Below the pieces are notes generated by a model. It was not told the DNA's origin, ran no database searches, and worked only from the letters and a program-made list of their open reading frames with translations. This document shows, in pieces, positions 12,790 to 25,025 of a DNA stretch of 64,000 bases. The position numbers and the translations under genes are program-made. Source of the DNA: Lophium mytilinum (Eukaryota); NCBI GenBank assembly GCA_010093605.1, contig MU004198.1:1304726-1368725 (forward strand), given 5' to 3'. How positions within the stretch are numbered: the first letter of the stretch is position 1; the number at the start of each line of letters is the position of its first letter.

Positions 12790-13360
12790 GGTGATGGTGA
12801 TGGTGATGTTGCTAACGGGGAGGGCAATCCAAAGAGAACCGGCCCATATGAGTCCTCATCCTCCTCCTCATCCTCCTCATCCTCCTCCTCCTCACCCTCC
12901 TACCCACCCCTCACCTCACTCCCCTCCTTACTCCCCTCCTCACCCTCTATCGACCGCGACCACTCCTCCTCACCGCCCGCCACCGAAAGCTCTTCAAACG
13001 GGGGGCCAGTCCCGAACCAAAGGGGCCGGAGAAAGCCCTCCTCTGCCTCTCCCTATCCTCCCTCTCCTCCCAAATCACCGCGTGCTCCTACCTAAGCTCA
13101 GCCAAGCCAGCTACCGGGCCAGTCCCGAAACGAACGAGCCTCTGCCTCTCCCTCTCTTCCTTCTCCTCCCAAATCACCGCCATCTGCTCCCTCAGCTCAG
13201 CCAAGCCAGTTACCGCAACCCGAAGCCCTCCAACGATGTGGGGCTGGGGGTAAAAAAATCGCATCGAACAGATGAAGAAGAGGAAATGGCGGCGGGCCCG
13301 CGGGCCAGATACGCCGCCGTGGCGGTCATGACTGCGAGCGACGGGAACAAATAGGGGCAC
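12790..13360 (-). pseudogene. Disrupted acidic low-complexity ORF with internal ~90-bp duplication
   Basis: ELREQMAVIWEE is repeated as ELR*EHAVIWEE (TAG 13088-13090). A frameshift and a second TAG precede a poly-E/D tract. Confidence 0.35.
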
Positions 13361-13643
13361 GCAGCGTATGAGAGATAATTCGAAAAAAGATTCCTCGGAA
13401 TTTCTTCTCTTAACTCATGCGTATCATCTCGGAAAACAGTTTTCCAGGCACATGTCAAAGTGGATGGAGGCTGAAGGCAGAGAAGTTTAGGCAACACTGA
13501 GTCCCGAGAAGGCTCTTACATACTAGTACCAAAAAGCATAGAGGAAGACCTATAAGGGGGTACCCGAAGCAGCGACAGACCAAAATATCAAGACTTACGG
13601 TCTAATACTGTACACCTCCTCTTCCAGCCAATTGCACATCCCC

Positions 13644-16600
13644 TCACCCCCAAATGCGCTGATACTCAAACAGGCACACCGCGCCCGCCGTCTGCACATT
13701 CAAGCTTCTCGTCACCCCCTTCTGCTTAATCTCAACACACAGGTCTGCCTCCGCAAGCACTTCCGCGGGACAGCCTCCCTTCTCGCTTCCCAGCACGACC
13801 ACGCTTTTCCTCGGCACTACCGTTCCCTCCTCCCCTAGGACTTTGCTTCTATCCGTCTGCTCAACGCAAACAATGCTGTACCCTTCTTTCTTCTTGTCTT
13901 TCAAATATTTCGGGAGACCGGCGGGCCATAATTCAAATATGGGAATATGTTGGTGGCTTGTTACGGCTACGGAGGTAAACGCGGGTTGGCTGAGAGGTTG
14001 AAGAGAGGGAAGAGCGAGAGAATCTGCACCAAATATCTCAGCAATTCGGGAGAGCCCGCCGAGATTTGCGGGGTTGGCGATCAGAGAGGCGACGAGGATG
14101 AGAGGGGTATGCCGGCGGGCGGGGTCGGGGCCTGTAGGAGTGAGGAAGTGCTGCCAGGTTGTAGATTTGGTTTGGAGAGGGGCGAAGCTTGCGTCTGGAA
14201 GATCAGCGGAGGGCAAGGGCGCCGGAAGTGTTGCAGCTGTAGCAGATGAGGCGGCCATTTCGCTTTCGATTGGAGGTCTAGGTGAGCCAAGGACGATCAG
14301 CGGAGAAGCGTAAGGTTGAGGGACCGCAAAATCGTTGCGTGCATCTGCGGCCCAAACTGCTTCAAAGTCGGCGGTTGTAACGAGCTCGCGCTCTGGAGGG
14401 TAGGTGCGAAGATAGTCGCCTTGGAAAAGATTTGCTAAATTATGGTCTTTGACCAGATCAAGCGTTAGGGATCGGCTGTTGTAAGGTGAGGTTGGAGTTT
14501 GAAAGCGCCAAAGGCTGCGAATATGCGTATTCAGGGCAGCAAAAGCTGGGTTTGATAGTATATTCGACCAGCCGCGCGTTTCAACGTGGTCCCAGACGGA
14601 CGGGAAGGCCCAGTGTGCTTCGTGACGGATCTGAATCTTGCCGTTCGCGCAAAGGGGAACAAGGAGAGTGGCGACTTGAAGACTAAAGGATTCCGGGGTT
14701 TCGGGGAAGCAGGCAACCATGACTGCCATCCTCATCAAGGAAGCGGTGAGCTTCGGGTTCGATTCGCCTTGATTGCCTAGGTGGTCGAGCAAGAGACTAC
14801 GGTCGTCCGGACTGTAGAGGTAGAGACGTGCTAGTATCCATTCGAGAAGATACCGATACCTCGGCCATGGCTCCTTGGAAAGAATATCCATGAAGGCGTT
14901 GAGATATCGACTTATATCCACGGAATCTCCTTTCGAAATACAAGCCTCGGAAAGGATCAACATCATTTGCAGTTGGGTGAGTGTCTTCCATTTGCTAACC
15001 TGAGGCACAGGAGTCTTTTGTGTCGCCCATGGTTTGACCAGCTGGTTCAGAACCTCCTGAGCAGTAACAGCGTTGATGTTCGGCAGTCTGTTCACAAGAT
15101 CCATGACGCATGCGTAACCAACCCACTCGCGAGCGCCGTAGTACAATGTATATGAACGATGAGGAAAGTACATCTCGAGTTTTGAAGCGGCAGCACATTC
15201 AAAAACGAAATCGGGGCGCGGAGACGGAGGGCGATTGGCAAAGCGGAGGAGAAAGTCATCTACAGGCAGTATCGTCAAAACCTCGGGGTACGACAGGCAT
15301 GCGGTCCGGAGTGACTGTGCCAAAGGAGGTAGAAGATATGATCGGCTCTCAGACAACTTGTGAACACTTTCCACAATCCGGGGCAATAGAACATTTAGGC
15401 TGTCAGGGGAATGCTCTCTGGAGGGCGCGTCTTCGCTGATCAAGAATTGGATACAAGTTGGATGTAGGGCGAGACCTGGGATCCTCATGAGGGCTGCCTT
15501 TGGATACTCTTGGGTGTCCACTTCGTCCCATAAAACCTCCAAAGTTTCGTAGAGCAGACTTGACGGTATTTCTTGTACGTCGATACTATTCAGAGTGGAC
15601 TCTAGGGTATCAAGGGCTTGAAGCAGCCCATCACCCTTGACGGATCGATAGTTGATCGCTTTCAGTCGACGCGTGCAAGACTGCATAGTCGTAGCGTTAT
15701 TCCGGCTACTGTGATCATCTATGCCAATATCGAGATTCTGGTCCATATTTCCAAGTAGGCTAGCATCAGTCCTATTGGCATCGTGAGTACTGGGCGGCGT
15801 ACTCTCCAGCTTCTTCCATCTTTGCTCTAATCCTTCGACTCCAGGTACAGATGCGCGGACATCCTTTTCAGTCTCCTTGATGAAGGCCATGCAATAGGTT
15901 GTGCACAGATCTCTAGCTACTTCTGGCAGACCAGCCCGCACCGACATTTTGGCTACCAATGCTAAATCTTCAATCTCTAAGAAAACCAGAGATTTGGTGC
16001 TTCGTAATCCTCCCAAAAGGCCCTCTAGTATGTATAGCATAGCGTACGGAAAGACATTCACATCGTTAGCTATGTATACTAATACTTTCCTCAAGAATTC
16101 CAGCCGTTTTCCAGCACTAGAGCAACTCTCAGCGAACCTTCGAATGAGATTGCAAAGACTTTGCCCGTGAAGGCACTCGGTAGAGTCGCGAGACGAAACG
16201 AGCGATTGAGTAAATAAAAATCCCTGAGTTGCCCATGGGAGGATGCCCTGGAACAGCAACGCTTGTTGAGATTCAAGCCCGTCTTCGGAATGACTGGTGA
16301 AGTCGATGTACCAGAGTCCAATCATCTTCCGGATTCCATCCTGGATCTTGGAGCTCAACGCGGCTGAAAGAAGGGTAGTTATCCACGATATATGGATAAG
16401 AGAAGTAGAAGACATGAGTTTAGATAGATCGCCTAAACATGCTGAGACTTGATTAGGATATCGATCAAGAACAACCATTTCATACAAAGTACAGTATTTG
16501 GTATACTGTAGTTCATAATGGCGTCTATCTTGGAGCATGAAAGCCATGTGAGTATTTTGCACGTTAGTTTGTAAGATAGAGATTGACTTCTGGAGGATAC

Positions 16601-17730
16601 CGAGACAGAGCTTGCGCGGCTCGGAATACCCGTGAAGAAGCCCGACTTGAAGCAGAGACCAATACTGTGTCTGCTGAAGGATATCTTGGGAGGGTTCGTA
16701 TCCCCCAGACTGGTATATCCAACGAAACCATAAGCGAAACGCAGAGCCCACAGGCTCCGATTGTGAAGGGTTTGAAAGAAGATCACATGTTCTTTCCCAA
16801 ATTTGTGCGATCAATCCATCTCTTAGTTCTGTAGAATACGCAAGATACTTGCTCTCCAATAGAGGGAGAAAAGCAGCGATAACATCCCCAGAAGCGGTGG
16901 CTATCTCAGGACCAGCTCCAAGCAACACTAGAAGGCCTGTGAACATGGAGCCGGATATACTGATGTGCTTTTCGTTAGCATGCCAGAGTAGGACCTTCAA
17001 AAACGTAACGTATCGGATCGTAGTCGATACTTGATGACTCATGTCATCGGCGGAGGAAGTCTCATCTACGACCGGGATGCTTGAGGTTACGTGACGATCG
17101 AAGAAGTCTTCCGTTGGAACATGATATCCTAGGTCTGAGACGCGTAGAAGATGAGCTGTCATGAGAAGATCATCTTCAATGTGCTGAACAACCTGACGGC
17201 CTAGATTCTCATATTCGGAGCAAAGGCTTGCGATTTCACGCAGCTTTCCAGAGGCTTCATCGCTGGCGTCTAGTTCCTCAACGACGAGAGCGCGTAATTT
17301 TCCAAGACCTTCAGCCTGTGAAATAGTCAATATATGACGCTAAACATGCTCCTAGCTTTCACCTCTGAATGCTGAATATGGTGGGATCGACGAAGCTAGA
17401 GGAGGAACATAGGCGACATGAAAGAAGGAATGGAAACCAAAGACAGTTTAATTCGAATTATAGGACTAGAAGAAAGACAACGAAAGTCTTCTTTTATCGA
17501 TGAGACAGCTTAACTGAGATGCTGTACAGTGTCAAGCACAAGAGGAGAGAGGGATCACTTACGCTAGGACACGCCCGAAGTAGTTCAAGACCTAGCTTGA
17601 CGTTGGAAAGGTCTAAAAGATCTCTATTCCGAGGCCTCACACTCTCAATGAACGAACGGACGGTGTCTTCCCTGGCTTCAGATGGGATCCGATCCAGGAA
17701 TAGAGTAGCCAGCCCGGGTAGGGATGCCAT
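13644..17730 (-). CDS. TRM3: tRNA (guanosine-18 2'-O)-methyltransferase, Trm3/TARBP1 family
   Basis: 1228-aa open frame ending in a SpoU/TrmH domain (ASLIANPANLGGLSR, VVLGSEKGG, IKQKGVTRSLNV) after a long helical region. The upstream exon(s) from ATG 17730 are approximate. Confidence 0.88.
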
Positions 17731-18012
17731 GGCGGAGAGCTAGCAGGAATGCGGGGATGAATGTTGTTTACGGTTGCCACGGCGCTACTCCAGGACGAAA
17801 CATGTCAACTGTACTTTCATCGGATCTGCTCCTGCGACTGTCAATACATTGTCGTCTCTATCGGAGTTGAGGTTGAAGATTCTTTCACGCGATTTGACGA
17901 ATTCTCAGAGTGGGCTTGGCATTGACTGATCGCAGATCCCTGTCGCAACGTCACTGTTTACTCCTAGCTGCTTTGGGAACGCGAGTCAGGCTTGCCCTCC
18001 ACAATACCGTCC

Positions 18013-20022
18013 ATGCACTCTTTCCTCCGCCTCAAGTCCAGAGAGTGCATCCGCGACTTGTGCGACCAACTCGAAGACATGGCCCTCGACTCCAGACTCT
18101 ACCGCGGCCTCAGCCCGTTTGAAACCTCTGCCTCTGCGCCCTCCCTCCGCGCTTCAGAACCCGCCGCTCTTATGGCTCCCCAACCCATCGCCGACGATGC
18201 CGGCCATGTCAAGGTCGTTGTGCGTGTGCGAGAGTTTGTCGAGAGAGGTAAGAGATTGCTCTACTGCTATGCAAATCTGAATACTAACTCCAAACAGAGA
18301 GAGTCAAAGGCACACCATGCATCATTCGAATGAATCCTGCCACCCAGGCGACCACTATCCTCGCACCCATCACCGACTTCGATTCCAACCTCTCCCGCGC
18401 GAACAACACTCGTAGGGCTTTCGAAGACAAGGAGTTTACCTTTGACAAGTCCTTCTGGTCTCACGACAAGGCGGATCCTCATTACGCCCACCAGGAAGAT
18501 GTTTACCGCTCGTTCGGGGAGGAGTTTCTCGACCACAACTTCGATGGATACCATACGTGCATCTTTGCGTACGGGCAGACTGGGTCTGGGAAGAGTTACA
18601 CCATGATGGGCACCGAGTCTCAGCCGGGTCTAATACCCCGAACCTGCGAGGAATTGTTCGATCGCATTCAACAAGACCCGTCGCCAAATACGAACTACCA
18701 TGTTCACGTTTCGTACTTTGAAGTCTACAACGAGCATGTTCGCGATCTTCTAGCGCCTCGCACTACTCCACCCATGTATTTGAAGATTCGGGAGTCTCAG
18801 AGCGATGGTGTTTACGTTCAAGGATTGAACGAGGTCGAGGTCAAGAACTTCGGCGATGTTCGACGTCTTATGGACATGGGCGACTCCGTAAGTTCCAATC
18901 TCAAACGTAGGTGAATACCAACTAAGACGAGCCCTGTAGACACGAACGACCGCAGCAACGAAGATGAATGACACGTCCTCACGTTCGCACGCCGTATTCA
19001 CAATCCAATTGAAGCAAATCCAGCATTCCCTTCTCTCAGACGAAACCATTGAGCGCTGTGCCCGCATGCGCTTGGTCGATCTCGCAGGTTCGGAGCGGGC
19101 GAAGAGCACCGAAGCAACAGGCCAACGTTTGAAGGAAGGAGGCCAAATCAACAAGTCCCTCACCACCCTCGGCCGCGTCATTGCCGCACTCGCCGACCGC
19201 GCAGCCGCCAAACGAGGACGCCGGCCTAAGGAAGTCGTCCCCTTCCGTGACAGCGTGCTAACATGGTTGCTGAAAGATAGCTTGGGCGGTAACAGCAAGA
19301 CAGCTATGGTGGCCTGCATCTCGCCTTGTGACTACGACGAGACCATGTCCACTCTCCGCTACGCCGACCAAGCGAAGCGCATCCGCACTCGTGCTTCCGT
19401 CAACCAAGACTGCCTCTCCGCCGCCCAGCGGGACGCCCAGATCACGGAGATGGCAGAACAGATCCGGTCCCTTCAAGTCTCCGTCAATGCCGCCTCGGTT
19501 CGCAAGCGCGAAGAAGCTACCGAGCTCGAAGAGTACCAGAAGCAGGTCGGCCACATGCAGCGCCTCATGGAGGAGACACGACAAGTCAGCGAGGCCCGCA
19601 TCCGCGCTCTGGCCTACGAAGTTGAGGAGTTGCGGCCGGAGAATACTTCCCTGAGAAACGAAGTCGAAGCGTTGAGACGGCATTTGTCGCTGGCGCTGGG
19701 CGAGCTGAAGAATCCCATCATCCTACCGCCACCGCAGCCGATGGAGATGGAGTTTGAGAACCTCCAGCCGGGAGACTTCGAGCATGAGGACGGGGAGAAG
19801 GATAGGGGTATTGAGGTCCTCGATCAGGGAAGCGAGTCTGAAGGCGACGGCGACAGCGACTATGACTCGGACTCTGGGTACGATGAGGAGTCCAACACCA
19901 TGGCGGAGGAGCTGCAGGCGGAGATGGAGGAGATCCTGAAGGGGGTTGCGCTGTTCCGGAGGAAGGTGCAGGATGATCACCAGCACTTCAACAGGAACGC
20001 GAAGGAAACTTACGCCTCCTAG
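18013..20022 (+). CDS. Kinesin-3 family motor, short fungal type (UncB/Nkin3-like)
   Basis: [19 protein letters not shown]-loop GQTGSGKS, switch I NDTSSRSH, switch [19 protein letters not shown] motif. Introns near 18248-18297 and 18888-18939. The start could be 18013 or 18172. Confidence 0.9.
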
Positions 20023-20440
20023 CCTGATACTAGATAGATTAGGTATGTGGATATTGGATGACGGAAAAGGCGTGGAAGGAAGGCTGCATGAAGCGATGGC
20101 GTTAGATTCGGGGTCTTTGTGGGCTTCATTGGCGTACTTTTGTTATTAAGTAGCAAATACCACTGTTTATACTATAACAACGGTCACGATTCTTCATTTC
20201 AGCCGTGAACTGCGTCCCTAGTGCGGCCGGTATCGCACCGCCTGAGGTGTCCCAGTGAGGAAGTCTCAGGGCGGTCAAAAGGTTGCGGTACCATGTGAGT
20301 GTGTTGGCGGACTTCAGACAGTGCTAAACAGGCGCGCGAAGAGAGCGAATCAATATTCCCTCGAGAAACTCACTTCACAGTAAAGCATAATGCGGTAATC
20401 ATCCTCCTCGCACGTGACATCCCTCTATTTCCTTGTTTCT

Positions 20441-20625
20441 GGCCTACATAACCCAGATAAATCTGATTACATTCATAATAAGAGGTCTACGACACAGAGG
20501 CGGGGTGGCAACACTTGACGTGCCTAGCGTGCGTGGTTCCTCTTATTTTGTCTTTTTTTTCATTTAGGATATGCTGGGATTCAGCCCTGGGTTCGAGCCC
20601 CGGTTGGCGCTTCTCTTTTTTGTAT
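20441..20625 (+). ncRNA. Candidate structured Pol III RNA or SINE-like repeat, copy 1
   Basis: Hairpin 20477-20547 with GCAA loop, then a T8 run, GGTTCGAGCC at 20590-20599 and a second T-run. Homologous to 27407-27570. Confidence 0.5.
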
Positions 20626-20650
20626 TTTTGTGGTTTGGGGCGGGGGTTTT

Positions 20651-20782
20651 GGGAATGGGGTGGAATGGGATGGAATGGAAAGGGATAGTACGGGAGGGAT
20701 GGTACGGGAGGGATGGAACGGGAAGGGATGGAACGGGATGGGATGGAACGGGATGGGATGGAACGGGATGGGATGGGATAGG
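20651..20782. repeat. G-rich pentamer/15-mer minisatellite (GGATG/GGAAC)
   Basis: Tandem GGATGGAACGGGATG units with degenerate flanks. Confidence 0.85.
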
Positions 20783-20991
20783 TTTTGAGGAGATGAGCAC
20801 GGCTTGAGTACGAGCTTATTTATGTTAAACACCTCACCGGAACGCAGGGCGGTACCGGCTCGCGAGAGGGTCCTCGGAAAGGCCGAGAGAAAATAGTACG
20901 GTGCCTCTTTGTAAATATCTGTACACCGGTCTACAGCTGCATAAGGTGCCTTGTGCTGTTTTCAGCACTCTAAATAGAAGAGAAATGCGGC

Positions 20992-21028
20992 TAATGGGAG
21001 TAATGGGAGTAATGGGAGTAAAGGGAGT
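20992..21028. repeat. 9-bp tandem repeat (TAATGGGAG)x3-4
   Basis: Three exact copies plus one degenerate copy. Confidence 0.8.
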
Positions 21029-21857
21029 CTAATAGTAGGAAGAGGTTATGGGAGATAAATAGTGAACTAATTAGGATACTCTAGGCGGTAGGCGGCATTA
21101 ATATAGTGTACACAGATGGGGTTTATGTTTGCTAACCCCCGGTCTCTAATACTATATTGGAGCCCTATAGGTAGTGACATAAAGGTAGGGTATACATTAG
21201 TTTACCGCTGCTTGAGGAGCGTCGTACTCTTTTCCGCAGTCTGAATGGAAGGAAAATGTGATAATTTGGATGACTAGGAAACTCGTAAGGGGAGTCTAGG
21301 GAGCGGCAACTTATCGTAGGTAGAGCGGTGTTAGGAGAACGTACGTCTTTCACTCGTTTGTCGCTGTCTGAAGTACCTCATAGTGTTTTCAACAATCTTG
21401 ATGAGTGAGGACTTCGGCGTTTCAGATGACTCGGAAACTCGAGAGGGGGCCAGGGGGCTCCAGATGGTGGCAGCGTGGGGTACGCACATTGGGTTTATAT
21501 CGGCCGCCCCCGGATCTTGTTAGGACATTGAAGACCCCCAAACAGTGGCAAGAAAGTGTACATTCACTAATGAAAAAGGAACTATACTCAGACATCGGCC
21601 TGATAACGCTATAAAAGACCCATCGCTTATGGGGAATCCACCAACGCCAAGCTAATTGATACTAAGAGGAACAAAGAAGAAAGCAATCAAGCCAAAAGTA
21701 TTAACAGAGGAGGGAAAGTAAGAAAAGGAATGCGCTTAAAGCGCAGCTACCTGTTTGCCGTAGACTTCAGATAGACCTTGAAGTACTCCAAACAGTGTCA
21801 ACCAGAGCCCAAACACCCACACCCTCGACGCTATATCGAGCGTAGACGCAGAGAACC

Positions 21858-22845
21858 TTACACCATCTCCGCAAACGGCGCGTTTTCCCTCAAATCATCC
21901 ACCAGATCATCCACATTGTTCAGATACCTGCCCAGCAGCCTCTGCTTCTCCTCCGTGCTCCGCGTTCCGCTCTTGGGCTCATCTCCACCTCCGTCGCCGC
22001 TCACAGTGCTATTCCGCCGCTCAAAGGCGCCCAGTAGCTTACTCGGACTCCGCTGCAGGCCCATCGCTGTATTCGGGGCACTCGCCGATCCAATTGACGG
22101 TGTTTCGGGCATGAGGTAGAAGTAGAGGAACTCGAGCAGCTTCAGCTTGACCTGCTGGGCGGTGTCCCGGCTCTTGAAGAGTGAGGTGATGGTGAGCAGG
22201 CCGTCGATGGACTCGAAGGTGCGGGTGTTGCGGGGAGTGCTGATCAGCGCGGTGACGAGGACGAGGAGGGAGGAGGATTGGATCGCTGGGCAATTGAAGG
22301 GGTCGAGCAGATCGAGTAGGAGGTTCATGTAGAGCTCGCGCGAGAAGATGGTGCGGGAAGGAGGATGTAGTAGGAGGATTCCTTGGAGATTTGAGAGAGC
22401 GGAGAGGATCAGCAGGTCGTTTTGGCCGCCTGGGGGTTGTTAGCGGGCCGGAGAGAGAAGACGGGATCATGGTAACTTACTAGTGCTCATACCAAGCAGG
22501 CGTTCGAGACAGGCAACTATCCGCGTAGCAACTAAGTAGCAAGATCAGCCAGTCTGGAGTTGTCCGTTGGGAATGTTGGCACATACCATTCCACTCAAAG
22601 CCATCTTGTATCCTGAAGAATTCCCTGAATGCTAGGTCGTCGGCCAAGTCGCTCAGCTTCTTCGGCGATGCAGTCTGGTTCAGGGTGATGGCAGAAGCTC
22701 GCCGCTTATGTATTGCTGCCGATGATTTCGAGTTCGAGAGGCATATCTGAGCGAGTAGTCCTTCGATCTGGCGTAAACCTTTGCGTATCTTCGAGGTGTC
22801 CTTCGAGGCGATGTTGTCAAACGACAACGACAGGAGGGCTTCCAT
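21858..22845 (-). CDS. cdc14: Septation initiation network protein Cdc14 (S. pombe type, not the phosphatase)
   Basis: MEALLSLSFDNIAS..KIRKGLRQIEGLLA, FFRIQDGFEWN, QGILLLHPPSR, NTRTFE and VKLKLLEFLYFYLMPE motifs; two introns. Confidence 0.85.
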
Positions 22846-23448
22846 CTGCACTCCCTGCTTGAGATGATAGCAGTGTGAGAGTTGGAGATGCTATGGTGCA
22901 GGTGTAGAGATGTGCAGGGAGATGGAGTCGGAGAGCTCTGTGCCGGATTGGTGGTATCGGAGAAGTGTGGTAGAGATTGAGATGCAGCAGGTGCAGGACG
23001 CCAACGAACTTTTGGACGGGCCCCAGACAAGTCTCCGCAATTTTTGGATCTGTGGGATTGGCAGGTGAGCGTTCTAGAAGGCTGCATAGAAGGCTCACTG
23101 TTGGGAAATAAACATGGCCCGTTGCTGTGGTGATTTAGATCGGTCCATTCAGGTCACTTTCAAGAGGTCCATGCGCTCTTGCATCGGCGATGTCGTGTCA
23201 CCACCACCTACAGACAGTCAGTTGATAGAACGTCAATGCTGAAGATGCAGCATCTCCAGAGCATTTCCAGTCTCGACACTCGTACCTCGCACAGCCCCGT
23301 ATCGAGCGCTCCATAATACCCAATCCGACATGGCTAAGTCGGCGAGTCGGTAGGAAGCACGGCGCATGTCACGCCGCGACTCCAGGGCCGTGAATATAAG
23401 AATATGGCATCTCACATGAGAATTGATCTATTCAGCTTCTAGTCAATT

Positions 23449-23760
23449 ATGTTCCGGGCTTTCAATCCTCGGCCGGCAATTAGGCGCATAGCAACCAGCC
23501 AACCCTCGATCATGTCTAGCTCCCAAAGAGCCAAGTTCAGCACTACAAAACCCACATCCGATACAGACTCGAAACCACCAAAACTCAAGAATCCGTCATT
23601 TGGAGGAGCGAGCCTCAAAGAGCTAGGCGCGAACCGGACTGTGAGGATCGTTGTAATTATCGCTTTGACGATTGCAGGCACAGCTGAGTCGATATTTTGG
23701 GCGAAGGTTCTTTGGGCTAAATTTGGGCCCTCTCCAAAGGACCAAGGAGACGAGGCATGA
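23449..23760 (+). CDS. Small predicted mitochondrial single-TM protein (103 aa)
   Basis: Arg/Ser-rich, acid-free N-terminus resembling a presequence; one hydrophobic segment IVVIIALTIAGTAESIFWA. Confidence 0.65.
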   Translation: MFRAFNPRPAIRRIATSQPSIMSSSQRAKFSTTKPTSDTDSKPPKLKNPSFGGASLKELGANRTVRIVVIIALTIAGTAESIFWAKVLWAKFGPSPKDQGDEA

Positions 23761-25025
23761 TCCTAACGGAGTGACGGTGGGAGGAAGGAAAGAAAAGTAG
23801 CGTTCAACGAGGAAATGTAGGAGTAATGAGAAGGCTGGCCCATCGATATGGAAGACACGTGATCGTCGGCCCGAGGGGATATGACGCTGTCCTTGTCGAC
23901 TGTGTGTCCTCTGGAGTCTTCAGAGGTACTCCGGAGTGCCCATTCCATGTATTTATACCACTATCTACTCAGTGCATAGAAGGAGGTTCAATAAGCCTCC
24001 TGTGCCACTATTATGCGTTGAATCTTTCTCTTACGCCGGACCTCTTCATCACGCAACTCTGTGTATGTTAAGCTACCACCACGAAGTATAGTAAACTCTT
24101 CAAATCAATCAATTCAATTATCAAGCATTCTGGCACTTGCCGGGCTTGCCGGTCACCAATCTCATCTAGTCCGTCTGAGCCATTTCTTTTCGAGGGTTCC
24201 TGCAGGTGGTACCTTTGCATGCTGGAACTGCGCCACGACTAGTTGCTGCATTGGGTACCTAGCCTCACACCTATACTCCGTACAGCTGAAGACCCTATCA
24301 TCTCATGATCATAGTACAGGGCAAGGTCCCCACGAAAGTTCTTGTTCCAGTCTCCCGCATAACCAGTTCAGGATGCCAATAAATTCTAACTTCGGAGTAT
24401 GGTTCCTTCCAACCACCCAGCGAGCTGCCAGCAGACAGGGGATTTCAGCATGGGTTAGCGACACCCTCCATGGCCGCAACACCATGTCCAAATACCGCAT
24501 GGCGTCAACCTGCAGCCTCCCCAGCTCGACAAGACATCTCGCGATTGCGCCCTTCACGTGTGGAGCTTGTCTGGCACTGGCGTGGGTTTGCCCGCATCCT
24601 TCACCGGTGTGGCGCTTAGGCGTAGCCCTTTTAGGAGTTCCGTGAGGCGCACTTCGCACATCAGCCTCCCTCCCGCTTCTTCACCCAGCGGCTGTGCAGC
24701 GGCCGCCCTCGCACTCTTATCCCCAGCCAAGGCAGCCAGCTGCCTGAGTTATCGGCTAGTGACTGTATCTCCTTCTCTATATTATCCACGGCTCTTGGTC
24801 CTCGCTTGCTCCTCGAGACTGCCCGCCCGTGCGACGTGTCGCCATCCCTGTCGCACGATTGTTCCTCAGCCTTACGTCTCCGCTATTCATTAGAACACCA
24901 CTGTGCATCAGTTTTTTATCATTTCAATATTATACTTGGCTTTTTGACGCCTCCACCGAATCGGGTGCGGTATGCCAGGTGCCCATTTCTAAGGCGCGGC
25001 ACCAACAACACCACCTCCAGCTCAC

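Noticed and set aside
20490..20560. U6 snRNA (ACAGAG plus T-run plus downstream B-box)
   Set aside because: Lacks the full ACAGAGA box, the AGC triad context and the U6 internal stem-loop sequence.
20519..20612. Intact tRNA gene
   Set aside because: A T-arm-like stem and B-box are present, but there is no proper anticodon arm, the acceptor pairing is out of register, and an internal T8 run would terminate Pol III.
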